DNA of 64,000 bases from Candidatus Latescibacterota bacterium. Its GTDB lineage: Bacteria; Latescibacterota; UBA2968. The position numbers and the translations under genes were made by a program. Positions 21,101-31,913 of this stretch are shown here, piece by piece. Positions within the stretch are counted from its first letter, which is position 1; every line of letters begins with the position of its first letter. A model generated the notes under the pieces. It was given only the letters and a program-made list of their open reading frames with translations, was not told where the DNA came from and ran no database searches. The DNA lies in assembly GCA_965222605.1 (NCBI GenBank), contig OZ244960.1:4800001-4864000 (forward strand), given 5' to 3'.

Positions 21101-21538
21101 AACAGCTATATACCCGCATTTGGGGAACTCATTGACGAAGTCAACTTTATGCTCTTGGCTCCCTTTGGCGTACTCGGCGTTCTGTTTGTCTGGCGGCGTG
21201 TGATAGGCAAGATAAATCTGCTGATTCTCGGCGTAGTGCTCGTGCTCATTTTTCAATCGGTGGTCTCGCCAGCCAAAGATTTTTATCACGCTGGCATTCT
21301 TCTCGCCAAAAGCATTCCATATTGGCTGCTCCTGGCTTTCCTCATTTTGAAGTATATCCGCTTCAACCTGCTCTTTTACGTTGTGACGTTCTGGTGTTCA
21401 ATTATTTTTGTTGGTATTCGCTATCTCAAATACGATCCCAGTATTTGCCAGGTCAATGGCATTCTCATGATTCTTTTTGGCTTCGTTCCCCTTATTCTCG
21501 CCATTCTCGCATGGTATAAAGCGCGGTCCACAGCGTAA
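18140..21538 (+). CDS. Large CPBP-family (CAAX-protease-like) intramembrane glutamic endopeptidase with internal duplication
   Basis: EEFFFR, WAFLH and SHYVYN motifs in the first half; repeated extracytoplasmic domain (WNIRWFKPLQKEEL / WRVRWFKPLKKEEL). Confidence 0.8.
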   Translation: MTRRDAVWIVCFLIAGALGLTCYIQFFDRALPVASLNFRVDREQAHQAAEAYLHRLGYDLTDYESAQIFSYSSQPQVFLERTLGLEEANRLVRDWVSVWYWNIRWFKPLQKEELRVRIDPGGRIVGFTHSILESDEGASLSEEDARVIAETFLTDVQGFQLGDYEPIEASSIERPNRMDHTFTYRKKDFVVGDDGHYRLSLTVKGDKAGYFAEYLKVPETFSRNYREIRSRAGLLTNIASVFFFALGIAMVVVLVRKYRQRTLIWRAALAVGILVAATSFLGAVNGYPLTRFGYDTTQSFVSFILTFIFGGLLGAVLSGVIIALSGTAGGAAAQDVEGWKNPLARLSLRGWRSANFARITLVGYGLAFAHLGYVTIFYILGNDYLGVWSPAAMTQYSNTYSTYLPWIYPLLIGLLAATMEEFFFRLLAISLLIRWLKKPWLAVLIPAIVWAFLHANYPQEPIYIRGLELTVVGVIFGLVFLRYGVWATIISHYVYNCFLGIYPMVQSDSLYFKVSGILAVAIIFIPAIPAIFGVITGRYKEVEEPEEVSPPEPPEEIASETEIPEPELLPDPEVERKTPSDYLIPKSGLVVFGVLGLIGWSVYFISDLPGFAKYARESIITRSDAIEKAEDIRRQLGLNLEGYQRTTSFSSSFGSSHFTHLIRNVDLARADTLAAEHTSSWRWRVRWFKPLKKEELTISIDGNGDFCRISHYVPENREGAELSTEDAQKIAEVFLSGYLQRDVTDTAIYKRLEARSQKRENRMDHSFVWERTDIKVEEGEFRITASVQGDQIGQANAYYKAPEEFLRKLRERTAKSTIISTISTIAVIVTAVLAIIFFLRAYRDGHVNLQLPICVGILAGVCYLLATLNNLPTFYAGYNTSDAMSTFLGGELIDLVIGLVTIAIMVFLLSAFGDTMYRRERPHEMQISDWIDMLRLKVNSASLWWQTVFLVVCYFGITRGNSIFSSYINLTYLGDYLGAGGGVPPEINSYIPAFGELIDEVNFMLLAPFGVLGVLFVWRRVIGKINLLILGVVLVLIFQSVVSPAKDFYHAGILLAKSIPYWLLLAFLILKYIRFNLLFYVVTFWCSIIFVGIRYLKYDPSICQVNGILMILFGFVPLILAILAWYKARSTA

Positions 21539-21567
21539 AAAAAGCCCCTCCTTTTTTGGAGGGGCTT
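21538..21567. terminator. Hairpin terminator
   Basis: AAGCCCCTCC-TTTTTT-GGAGGGGCTT. Confidence 0.55.
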
Positions 21568-21578
21568 CGGAGGTATTC

Positions 21579-22793
21579 GTGACCCATGTCCGCACGGCCT
21601 GGCCGACTTCGGTGGCAGAGGAATCCTACTGGCAGCCGATTCGCAAGCAGTACATGATCGCGCCGGGTGAAATTTATCTCAACACCGGTTCTTTTGGCTC
21701 GCAGCCAAGGCCCGTGTTTGAGAAGATGTTGGAAATCCTGGAGGATGTAGAACGCAATCCCACGCGGCATCGGGCGGAATATAACAGCGTTGTAGATGAC
21801 TCTCGCGCTCGTCTGGCCGCGTTTATCAATGCGCCGGCAGAGGATATTGCTTTTGCTACCAATATCACGATGGCTATCAATATGGTGGTGCATGGACTGG
21901 ATTGGCGTCCAGGTGACGAAATTCTGGCTTCAAACCAGGAATACGGTGCAATTGACAACTGCCTGCATCTGGCTGAACGCCGCCGCGGTGTGGTGGTCAA
22001 GCGCGCCCAAATCTCCATCCCTCCCGAAAGCCCTGAAGATATTCTGAGTGCTTTTGAGAGTGAATTTACAGATCGTACAAGGCTGGTTTTTTGCAGCCAT
22101 ATCACCACTCGTACGGGTTTGATCACGCCAATTAGAGCACTGGCCCAACTGGTACACGACCGCGGTGCGCTGATTGCAGTAGATGGCGCGCACGCTCCGG
22201 GGATGATCCCGCTGGATTTGCAGGATCTCGGCTGCGATTTTTATGGCGGTAACTGCCACAAATGGCTCTGTGCACCCAAAGGCACTGGTTTTCTTTACGT
22301 GTCGCCTTCGGTGCAAGAGCGACTCAATCACATTGTTGTGAGTTGGGGATACAGCCGGGAAGGCGCGGAGAGGGGGGCAGACGGTATTTTGCGGATCAAT
22401 GACCGTCCGTTTATGTGGGGGATTGAGAACTGGGGTACCCGGGATCAGGCGTGTTTTGCGGCTGTAGGAGCAGCGGTTGAATTTCAAGAGGTGGTTGGCA
22501 AAAATCGGATTCGGGAGCGGGGGCGGCAACTGGCGGCGTACCTGCGGGATCGTTTGGCTGAGACTGGCTGGGCAAAACAGCTCACTCCCTCCGTGCCAGC
22601 CCTATCCGGATCGATCTCAGCTTTCCATCTTTCTGGATTCGACGATCTGGATCTTTATGGGCGATACCGGATTACTGTGCCGACTGCAAAGAGCGACGAC
22701 GTTTACTGGATCCGCGTTTCCACCCATATCTGCAATGGCTTTGACCATGTAGATCGTCTGATAGATGCTTTACACGAACAACGAAATAAGTAA
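21579..22793 (+). CDS. PLP-dependent class V aminotransferase (isopenicillin N epimerase/cysteine lyase-like)
   Basis: YLNTGSFG, VDGAHAPG, GNCHKWLCAPKG (PLP lysine); GTG start after GGAGG. Confidence 0.85.
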   Translation: MTHVRTAWPTSVAEESYWQPIRKQYMIAPGEIYLNTGSFGSQPRPVFEKMLEILEDVERNPTRHRAEYNSVVDDSRARLAAFINAPAEDIAFATNITMAINMVVHGLDWRPGDEILASNQEYGAIDNCLHLAERRRGVVVKRAQISIPPESPEDILSAFESEFTDRTRLVFCSHITTRTGLITPIRALAQLVHDRGALIAVDGAHAPGMIPLDLQDLGCDFYGGNCHKWLCAPKGTGFLYVSPSVQERLNHIVVSWGYSREGAERGADGILRINDRPFMWGIENWGTRDQACFAAVGAAVEFQEVVGKNRIRERGRQLAAYLRDRLAETGWAKQLTPSVPALSGSISAFHLSGFDDLDLYGRYRITVPTAKSDDVYWIRVSTHICNGFDHVDRLIDALHEQRNK

Positions 22794-22860
22794 ATTTAGT
22801 TGCTTTTAAAATAACTCTTTTCTTTTTTAATATAGTTTATACTTTGCAATCTGCAAATAA

Positions 22861-24354
<1,494 letters not shown>

Positions 24355-24389
24355 GACAAGGGCAATTTTTTGTCGTCTCAGTACATGAC

Positions 24390-24426
24390 AAAAAGCTGTG
24401 CAGATCATTTCTGCACAGCTTTTTTT
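24390..24426. terminator. Bidirectional terminator between convergent ilvC and RND genes
   Basis: AAAAAGCTGTGCAGA-TCATT-TCTGCACAGCTTTTT. Confidence 0.8.
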
Positions 24427-24445
24427 GTTAAGATGGTGACGCGAT

Positions 24446-27400
24446 TCAGGCTCTTTTTGCCACGGCCACAACCCGCTTTGCATATCCCGACATGTCGTCC
24501 ATGAGCGAGTATATAGTGGGCAAGATGACCAGCGTGAGAATGGTCGAGATCGAGAGGCCAGAAATAATCACCAGGCCAATTGGTCCCCAACGTCTGGCAT
24601 TGCCTTCGGCATTGCCGTAAAACATCGGAATAACCAGCGGTGTAAGCCCCAGGATGGTCGTGGTTGCGGTCATTAAAATGGGGCGCAGACGATCTTGTCC
24701 GCCGCGCAAGATCGCATCTCTTCGATATAATCCCTGCTTGCGATAGCGATTGATGTGGTCGATTAATACAATGCCGTTGTTGACCACAATGCCAAACAAA
24801 ATGAGCAACCCATAAGTCGCATTGCTGTCCAGCGCAATGCCGAATGTGTAAAGTCCCAATGCGACACCTATAAATGCAAAACTGATGGAAAACATGATCG
24901 TAAAGGGATGGATATAAGATTCAAATAGCGAAGCCATGATCAGATAAATGAGCAGGGCGGCAAATAACATGGTGAAATTCGTTTCGCCCTCTTCTGAAGA
25001 CATATAGCGGAAGCGGCGATCCATCTGCCAGCTATACCCTTTGGGCAATGGGATGGCATCCATGCGGTCGCGCATTTCATAACCGACCGTTTGGACCTCC
25101 GATGCTTCCGTATTTGCAAACACGGTTACGGTTGCCATCCGATCCTGACGCTCGATGGATCGGGGGCCTTTGGTCAATTCAAAATCGGCCAGGCTGGCAA
25201 ATGAAATCATATTGCCCCGGTTGTTTTCAAAAGAGAGGGTCTTGAGTTGGTCCAGCGTAGCGCGGTCTTCTTCTCGCAATTGCAGCGCAATGTCGATTTC
25301 TCCATCCGGCGTTTTGAATTTGCTGTTTCCACGAGAACCCAATGCCGTGGCAACAGTTGTGGCTATTTGCTGCGGTGAAAGGCCGTATTGTTGCGCGCGG
25401 TCTCTCCTCACCGATACCCTGATTTCTTCTGTGCCACTTTCCAGGCTGGTTTCCACGTCGTGAATGCCTTCAATATCGTTCATTCGCAGCCGAATATCTT
25501 CAGCCAGGATCGCCAGCACTTCGGGATTTCGTCCTTTGATTTCTACCCCGACGCCCGTGCCACTGCTACCACCACGCCTGAAGCCCGCCTTAAAACGCAC
25601 GCCCGGGATATCTTTGGGCAGCAAAGCACTTACCCTTTTTTTTACGTCGTCTGTGCTCAACGGGCTTTCTTCGACGGATTTTAGGTACAAATAAATCGTA
25701 TTGCCGCGTCGGGTACTAAATCGCGTTTTTATCGCTTCGATATCCAGTTCTTCCTTTTGCGGGAGGAGAATGGCTTCAATCTGTTTGTACAGCGCGAGTG
25801 CGTCGTCGATATCGTAAGTTCGCGGCATTTCCACCATATAGCCCACCATGCGGTTGGGTTGATAGCGATAGCGCTGTACTTCAATTTTGGTAAAGATGTA
25901 TATGCCGCCAAATAGGATAAATGTAGCGGCGATAACGGTGGTCCAGCGATAGTGTAACGTGGTGCTAATTATGCGCGTGTAAACACCTTTGAGACCAAGA
26001 TGCCGAAACCGAAAATAGAGATAGCCAGTTGTGGCGATAAACACGCCCAGCGCGATCCACGCGCCTATTGGCACGGTTGAAAACCCGCCCAAAATCCACA
26101 GGGTATTATCTTTGAGCCAGTTGGCCGATTCGCCAACGCCTTTCCGGTAAATGAGATACGCTGCGCCCGCGGCAAATAAAGTGCCCAATCCGATTTTCAA
26201 AAAGAGATCGACGCGGGTACCCGCATTTGAAAATGCCCGAGAGCAGGCCAGCGGGATGAGTGTTAAAGCCACGCATAGTGCCGCTACCACTGCAATGCAT
26301 ACGGTAATGGCAAAATCGCGCATCCACATTGTATTGTAAGAACCCGAAATAAAGATGAGGGGTACAAATACACATATTGTCGTCAGTGCAGCGGCCAGCA
26401 CTGGTACTCCGATTTCGCGGCTGCCCTCAATCGCCGCGGTTCGAGTGCCATCGCCTTCGTCAAAGCGTCTGCGATAAATATTTTCCAGGGCCACGACCGC
26501 CGGATCGACCAGCATCCCAATGGCGACCATCAGCCCCATCATCGAGATCATGTTCAGCGTGATATTCGATCCAAAAACTTGCCGCATCAGGTACATGATC
26601 ATAAAAACGCACAATACGGAAATGGGAATGGCCGACCCCACAATGAGCGTACTGCGGAAATTTCGCAAAAAGACAAAAATGATGCCAATAGCCAGCATAC
26701 CTCCCAAAATAGCGGATTGCCCCAGGCTGGCGATGCCCCTTACCACTGCTTCTGACTGGTCTCGACGCAAGTGCAATCGCAATTTGTCGCGTCCAATTTC
26801 ATCTTGAAGAGCCTTTAACTCTGCACGGACCAGGCGGCAGGTTTCTACCAGATTGGCTGTCGAGGCTTTGCGAATTTCCATAGAGACTACATCGCGTCCG
26901 TCCAGGCGTTCAAAATATCGCTTTTCTGGATAGTCGTAACTCACCTGCGCTACGTCTTCCATATCCAGACCATTGGGAAGTGTGAGATCGCGAATTTGAT
27001 CTACATCTTCAAATTCGCCCACGGACCGAACCGCGAGGCGTTTGCCGCCCTCTGTGACATATCCGCCGGAAATATTGATGTTGTTGGACCGAATCGTTCT
27101 GTTGAGGGTGCGGATATCTAAGCCATAGGCGTGCATGCGATTTTTATCGACATCGACTCTGAGTATTCTTTCATCGGCGCCTTCCATTTCGACATTGCCT
27201 ACCCCGGGGATGCGTAGCAAGCGCGGCAAGATTGTGTTTTTATACACCGTGACGAGTTCCGATTGATTATCGCCCAGCCAGATCATATTGTAGTCCAGAA
27301 TTTCCCAGTCCGAAGAATCCCATCTGCGCATCTCAATGCGTTCGAGGTCTTCGGGAAGTCTGCCGCGAACTTGATCTATGCGATCCCGCACCTGAATAGA

Positions 27401-27712
27401 TTTGAGATCCATATCGGTACCGTAGTCAAATTCCATGAACACATAACCCCGACTGTCATAAGATCGCGCGCGGAGTGATTCTACGCCGGGGACCGTGCCC
27501 AGTATCTCTTCGATTGGCTTGGTAATTTTCTTTTGGATCTCTTCGGGCGATGACGAGGGATATGAATAGCTCACATACATTCTGGGATACTGCAAATCGG
27601 GCGCGTATTCGAGGGGCAATCTGAATAGGGAAATGAATCCCATGACCACGAGACTCAGTGCTGCCATCACAGTGGTAATGGGGTTTTTAATCGCATATTC
27701 TGAGATTTTCAT
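24446..27712 (-). CDS. RND efflux permease (AcrB/AcrD/AcrF family)
   Basis: 1088 aa; GMLVDPAVVALENI, LTTICVFVP, GIVVNNGIVLID, RLRPILMT. Confidence 0.93.
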   Translation of the reverse strand: MKISEYAIKNPITTVMAALSLVVMGFISLFRLPLEYAPDLQYPRMYVSYSYPSSSPEEIQKKITKPIEEILGTVPGVESLRARSYDSRGYVFMEFDYGTDMDLKSIQVRDRIDQVRGRLPEDLERIEMRRWDSSDWEILDYNMIWLGDNQSELVTVYKNTILPRLLRIPGVGNVEMEGADERILRVDVDKNRMHAYGLDIRTLNRTIRSNNINISGGYVTEGGKRLAVRSVGEFEDVDQIRDLTLPNGLDMEDVAQVSYDYPEKRYFERLDGRDVVSMEIRKASTANLVETCRLVRAELKALQDEIGRDKLRLHLRRDQSEAVVRGIASLGQSAILGGMLAIGIIFVFLRNFRSTLIVGSAIPISVLCVFMIMYLMRQVFGSNITLNMISMMGLMVAIGMLVDPAVVALENIYRRRFDEGDGTRTAAIEGSREIGVPVLAAALTTICVFVPLIFISGSYNTMWMRDFAITVCIAVVAALCVALTLIPLACSRAFSNAGTRVDLFLKIGLGTLFAAGAAYLIYRKGVGESANWLKDNTLWILGGFSTVPIGAWIALGVFIATTGYLYFRFRHLGLKGVYTRIISTTLHYRWTTVIAATFILFGGIYIFTKIEVQRYRYQPNRMVGYMVEMPRTYDIDDALALYKQIEAILLPQKEELDIEAIKTRFSTRRGNTIYLYLKSVEESPLSTDDVKKRVSALLPKDIPGVRFKAGFRRGGSSGTGVGVEIKGRNPEVLAILAEDIRLRMNDIEGIHDVETSLESGTEEIRVSVRRDRAQQYGLSPQQIATTVATALGSRGNSKFKTPDGEIDIALQLREEDRATLDQLKTLSFENNRGNMISFASLADFELTKGPRSIERQDRMATVTVFANTEASEVQTVGYEMRDRMDAIPLPKGYSWQMDRRFRYMSSEEGETNFTMLFAALLIYLIMASLFESYIHPFTIMFSISFAFIGVALGLYTFGIALDSNATYGLLILFGIVVNNGIVLIDHINRYRKQGLYRRDAILRGGQDRLRPILMTATTTILGLTPLVIPMFYGNAEGNARRWGPIGLVIISGLSISTILTLVILPTIYSLMDDMSGYAKRVVAVAKRA

Positions 27713-27962
27713 AAACGGACCTCATTAAGGCAAAAGTTGAATTAGAAGCTCAGTCTGCATCCGTCAGAAACGGAGATTCGCTAAGTAACCATTTACTTAC
27801 TTACGTTTAATATACCACATTCTGCCACAAAATCAACCACAGTTTTGAATAAAAAATTTCACCGTTACAGAAAAGACTTGCAAATTTGCTTCAATGATAT
27901 TTCATACTAATGTTTGGAAAATAATCGCACAACTATATTTCACTTTCAATGAGGAGACTCCA

Positions 27963-28844
27963 ATGGGCAATCGCGTCAATCGCGCAGTTGAGTTGCTTTC
28001 ACAAGATCAACCGATCTATTACACGGGCGCACACACAGGGCATGTGCTGACGTTTGAACAAGGGCAGAATGACGCCAGTACCTGGGCGGATTATATCAAT
28101 GTGGGTATGGAACACGGGGCTTTTAATCTGGGGGGGCTTGACGACTATATGCGCGGCCTGGTCAGCGGAGGACCTACAAATAGTGGGCACAAGACACCCG
28201 CTGTTATTGTTGAAGCCCCTGTGGAGGGCGCGTCTGAAAATATTGTGCGCTACAATGCCTGGCAGTTTCGGCAGATTCTCGCACGCGGTGTTCATGGCAT
28301 TTTGGTCTGTCAGGCGGAATCACCCGATGCGATACGCGCTTTTGTCGAGTCGTGTCGCTATCCCATCAGTAAAGCGGGCGTTGGGCGCGGCCTGGGTACA
28401 GGTACGCGAGGCGTGGGGTCCGAATCGTCGGCGGCAGCGATATGGGGTGTTAGCCGCGATGAGTACATCCAGAAGGCCGATCCCTATCCACTGAATCCCG
28501 ATGGCGAACTGCTTCTGGGCATCAAGATTGAGAATGTGCGCGGCGCATCCAATATCGAACAGATTCTCAAGGTGCCCGGCATTGGGTTTGCCGAAATGGG
28601 GCCGGGCGATTTGAGTATGTCGATGGGGTATTTGCACCGTCCAACGCCTTTTCCACCCGAAATGCAAGAGGTGAGGGATCGCGTGAAAGCCGCGTGTGCA
28701 GAAAATGGCGTTGCTTTTCTCGAGGGGGGTAGTCCCGAGACGGTTGCCGCTAAAATCGACGAGGGTGTGCGTGTGGTTTCCGGTGGCAGGGAGGAGATCG
28801 CGCGTATTGGACGCGAATATTCAGGCCGTCGCATGCCGGTTTAA
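27963..28844 (+). CDS. HpcH/HpaI aldolase/citrate lyase family protein
   Basis: MEHG, KIE, GPGDLSMSMG; GAGGAG RBS. Confidence 0.8.
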   Translation: MGNRVNRAVELLSQDQPIYYTGAHTGHVLTFEQGQNDASTWADYINVGMEHGAFNLGGLDDYMRGLVSGGPTNSGHKTPAVIVEAPVEGASENIVRYNAWQFRQILARGVHGILVCQAESPDAIRAFVESCRYPISKAGVGRGLGTGTRGVGSESSAAAIWGVSRDEYIQKADPYPLNPDGELLLGIKIENVRGASNIEQILKVPGIGFAEMGPGDLSMSMGYLHRPTPFPPEMQEVRDRVKAACAENGVAFLEGGSPETVAAKIDEGVRVVSGGREEIARIGREYSGRRMPV

Positions 28845-28857
28845 TCGCGCAAAAAAA

Positions 28858-28885
28858 TAGGGCTGTGCGATGTTTGCATAGCCCT
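28858..28885. terminator. Hairpin between convergent genes
   Basis: AGGGCTGTGCG-ATGTT-TGCATAGCCCT flanked by A-runs. Confidence 0.6.
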
Positions 28886-28907
28886 GAAAATTCGATTTAA
28901 TACGCGC

Positions 28908-29387
28908 TTAAAATGGATTGCCCTGTCGCGCCAGCTCAAATTTTCGCCAGCCTACTTGTTTGTCATTTTCGAATACTTTTTCCACCGCGTAAAAGGAGGA
29001 TGGGTCGTATTCTCGCCAGACGCCCGTTTTTTTATTCTCCAGGTATAGACCTTCTTCTTTTTTTACACCGCTTCTAAAATAGGAGGCCCAATACCCGTCT
29101 TTTTTTTCGTTTGTCCAATTGCTTTCTATTTTTTTCTGTCCGTTGATGTAAAATGTGATTTCAAGCCCGTCTTGCATGACGCCATTTTGGTATGTGCCTT
29201 GCCCGCGTACGTTGCCGATGGCATCGTAATATGTCCAAACCCCAGTGCGGGCACCGCTGTCGTATTGCCCTTCCGCCACTACGCGGCCGTATTGTTTTAT
29301 TTGCGTCTGTCCTTCAAATAGCGAGGGCATTTGGCACCCGGCTGTGAGGATTCCCGCGATAAGAATTGCAATAGCGCGTTTGATCAT
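28908..29387 (-). CDS. MORN-variant repeat lipoprotein (YwqK-like)
   Basis: Lipobox LTAGC; repeats G.WTYY..G....G.Y.NG. Confidence 0.75.
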   Translation of the reverse strand: MIKRAIAILIAGILTAGCQMPSLFEGQTQIKQYGRVVAEGQYDSGARTGVWTYYDAIGNVRGQGTYQNGVMQDGLEITFYINGQKKIESNWTNEKKDGYWASYFRSGVKKEEGLYLENKKTGVWREYDPSSFYAVEKVFENDKQVGWRKFELARQGNPF

Positions 29388-29539
29388 TTATTTTCTCCTG
29401 TTATGAGAGCGCTCAGTCGCCAACTGTCTTTTGGCGGATATTCTACTGTAATAGAACTAATATACAAAACTGTTTTCATAAGGCAAAGATGAAATGGAAA
29501 ATGACTCATTTAATACTTGTACGTGTGCATAAATTGGAC

Positions 29540-29600
29540 CTCAACTACAAAGCGATTGTACTCAACGACCCCTTTATTGTCGCAACCATCCTCTCATCGT
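29540..29600 (+). promoter_or_regulatory. Three tandem imperfect repeats, putative operator array
   Basis: CTCAAC..ATTGT (29540), CTCAAC..ATTGT (29561), CGCAAC..ATCGT (29581); period 20-21 bp; 43 bp upstream of the XRE gene. Confidence 0.4.
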
Positions 29601-29643
29601 ATTTTAATAAACGATTCGCCCCTCGTGCGGTAAAGAGTCCTAT

Positions 29644-30369
29644 ATGTTACTCACCGAACTCGGCCAACGCCTTCGCGCTCAACGGGAACGCCTTGGCCTC
29701 AAGCAAAACGACGTTGCTAATGCCCTGCAGGTAAGCCCACAGGCCGTTTCCAAATGGGAAAGAGGTGAAAACGGCCCCGACATTGCCACTTTGGGACCTC
29801 TTGCCAGATTGCTCGGTGTTTCTACGGATTGGCTCTTGGGAGCACATGGCGAAAATCAAGATGTTTTTGATGCTACTATCTTCACCTCCACAGTTGTCGG
29901 TGCATACCAAAAATCATTACAAATGGAGGCGAGGGAGTTTGCAGCGTGGGCAAATGGCATTTTGTTTCAATTGACCGAAGCTGTTTTGCGCCACGATGGC
30001 GTTCCGCTCAGATATATGGGAGACGCATTTTTGTGTTTTTTTTCTGGCGTTCACCATCAGCTTCGCGCCGCCCAGGCAGCGGCATTTTCCCAGCGGCTTA
30101 TCGGCGAAGACCTGGTTATTGGCTTGAGCAGCGGTGAGATTTATTTGGGCGCAATGGGGCATCCCGATTACGCCCATCCCGATGTGACAGGAGAAGTGGT
30201 CAATATCGCATTTATTGTTCGAGAATGGGCAGAAACAAATATCCGCAAGGGAATTGCAGCAACGACGTCTGTGTCGAACAATCTCGATGAAATTTTTGAT
30301 ATTTCCCAACCCACAGAAATTAATTTTCGCGGCATCAAAACGCCCATCTCAATTTGCCAGATCAGATAG
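29644..30369 (+). CDS. XRE-family HTH fused to a degenerate class III nucleotidyl-cyclase domain
   Basis: LKQNDVANALQVSPQAVSKWERG HTH; cyclase-like RYMGDAFLCFF, IGLSSGE, GEVVNIA. Confidence 0.85.
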   Translation: MLLTELGQRLRAQRERLGLKQNDVANALQVSPQAVSKWERGENGPDIATLGPLARLLGVSTDWLLGAHGENQDVFDATIFTSTVVGAYQKSLQMEAREFAAWANGILFQLTEAVLRHDGVPLRYMGDAFLCFFSGVHHQLRAAQAAAFSQRLIGEDLVIGLSSGEIYLGAMGHPDYAHPDVTGEVVNIAFIVREWAETNIRKGIAATTSVSNNLDEIFDISQPTEINFRGIKTPISICQIR

Positions 30370-30417
30370 GGATATACCTGCCGCGTTTGTCAACAGTCAA
30401 TAGAGAGAGGATGAAAT

Positions 30418-31869
30418 ATGGCCGATATAGTGTTGCCCGATAGCGCGACTGATATTCAAATTCCCGATTATTCGCATTTGCCTCATAAAGTCGCCGATAT
30501 GTCTCAGGCAGATTTTGGACGGAAAGAGATCACAATTGCCGAGCGCGAGATGCCCGGGTTGATGGCTGTGCGGGAAAAATACGCAGACCAGAAACCTCTG
30601 AAGGGTGCCCGTATAACGGGGTCTCTTCACATGACGATTCAGACAGCTGTGTTGATCGAGTCGCTCAAGGTGCTGGGAGCCGATGTGCGCTGGGCATCGT
30701 GTAATATTTTTTCAACGCAAGACCACGCCGCTGCTGCGATTGCACAAACGAGTACGCCGGTCTATGCGTGGAAGGGCGAGTCGCTGGAAGAATATTGGGA
30801 ATGCACTTTGCAGGCACTCAATTTTGTGGAGGGTGGACCGACACTTATTGTCGATGATGGAGGCGATGCGACATTGCTAATTCACCGGGGGTATCAGGCC
30901 GAAGACGATCCTTCGATTCTCGATGAGCCGACCGATAATCGCGAATTGGAGATTGTCAATGCGGTACTCAAGCGGCAACTCGAACGCAATCCGCGTTTTT
31001 GGCACAATATGGCCGCCGATATTCAGGGTGTGTCAGAAGAGACCACAACGGGTGTTCACCGCCTGTATCAGATGCGGGATGACGGTACGCTTCTCTTTCC
31101 CGCGATCAATGTCAATGATTCGGTGACCAAATCGAAATTCGATAATCTCTATGGCTGCCGCGAGTCGCTCGCCGATGGTATTAAACGCGCGACTGATGTT
31201 ATGGTCGCAGGGAAGGTTGTTTGCGTGTGCGGTTACGGCGATGTGGGCAAGGGATGTGCCCAGTCTATGCGGGGATTTGGTGCGCGCGTGTTGGTGACGG
31301 AAATCGATCCGATATGTGCCTTGCAGGCGGCGATGGAGGGATTTGAAGTGACGACTGTGGAAGATGCCCTTTTCGAAGCCAATATTTTTGTTACGACGAC
31401 GGGCAATACGGATATTATCCGCATTGAGCACATGGAAAATATGCTCGATCAAGCCATTGTGTGCAATATCGGGCATTTCGACAATGAAATTCAGGTTGAT
31501 AAGCTGGTTGATTACCCGAGCATTGTGCACGAAAATATCAAGCCGCAGGTCGATAAATACACGTTTCCAGATGGGCGTGCCATCTTTTTGCTCGCCGAAG
31601 GCCGTCTGGTCAATCTCGGCTGTGCAACCGGGCATCCTTCTTTTGTGATGTCCAATTCGTTTACCAATCAGGTGTTGGCGCAAATGGATCTGTGGGCTCA
31701 GCAGCGCGAAATTGGCGTTTATACGTTGCCCAAACACCTCGACGAGGAGGTTGCGCGTCTTCATCTTGAAAAACTCGGTGTGAAGTTGACCGAACTCACG
31801 CAGAAGCAGGCCGATTATATTGGCGTGTCCACCGAAGGTCCGTATAAGTCCGATCATTACCGGTATTAA
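30418..31869 (+). CDS. ahcY: S-adenosylhomocysteine hydrolase
   Basis: [51 protein letters not shown]. Confidence 0.98.
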   Translation: MADIVLPDSATDIQIPDYSHLPHKVADMSQADFGRKEITIAEREMPGLMAVREKYADQKPLKGARITGSLHMTIQTAVLIESLKVLGADVRWASCNIFSTQDHAAAAIAQTSTPVYAWKGESLEEYWECTLQALNFVEGGPTLIVDDGGDATLLIHRGYQAEDDPSILDEPTDNRELEIVNAVLKRQLERNPRFWHNMAADIQGVSEETTTGVHRLYQMRDDGTLLFPAINVNDSVTKSKFDNLYGCRESLADGIKRATDVMVAGKVVCVCGYGDVGKGCAQSMRGFGARVLVTEIDPICALQAAMEGFEVTTVEDALFEANIFVTTTGNTDIIRIEHMENMLDQAIVCNIGHFDNEIQVDKLVDYPSIVHENIKPQVDKYTFPDGRAIFLLAEGRLVNLGCATGHPSFVMSNSFTNQVLAQMDLWAQQREIGVYTLPKHLDEEVARLHLEKLGVKLTELTQKQADYIGVSTEGPYKSDHYRY

Positions 31870-31875
31870 CGATTA

Positions 31876-31912
31876 GGGACTGGGAGCTTATCCCCCAGTC
31901 CCCAACCTTTTT
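31876..31912 (+). terminator. Intrinsic-terminator-like hairpin between ahcY and metF
   Basis: GGGACTGGG-N9-CCCAGTCCC followed by AACCTTTTTT. Confidence 0.6.
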
Positions 31913-31913
31913 T

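Noticed and set aside
29388-30417. SAH or SAM riboswitch upstream of ahcY
   Set aside because: No recognisable consensus in the 48-bp gap or upstream of the XRE gene; a covariance search was not run.
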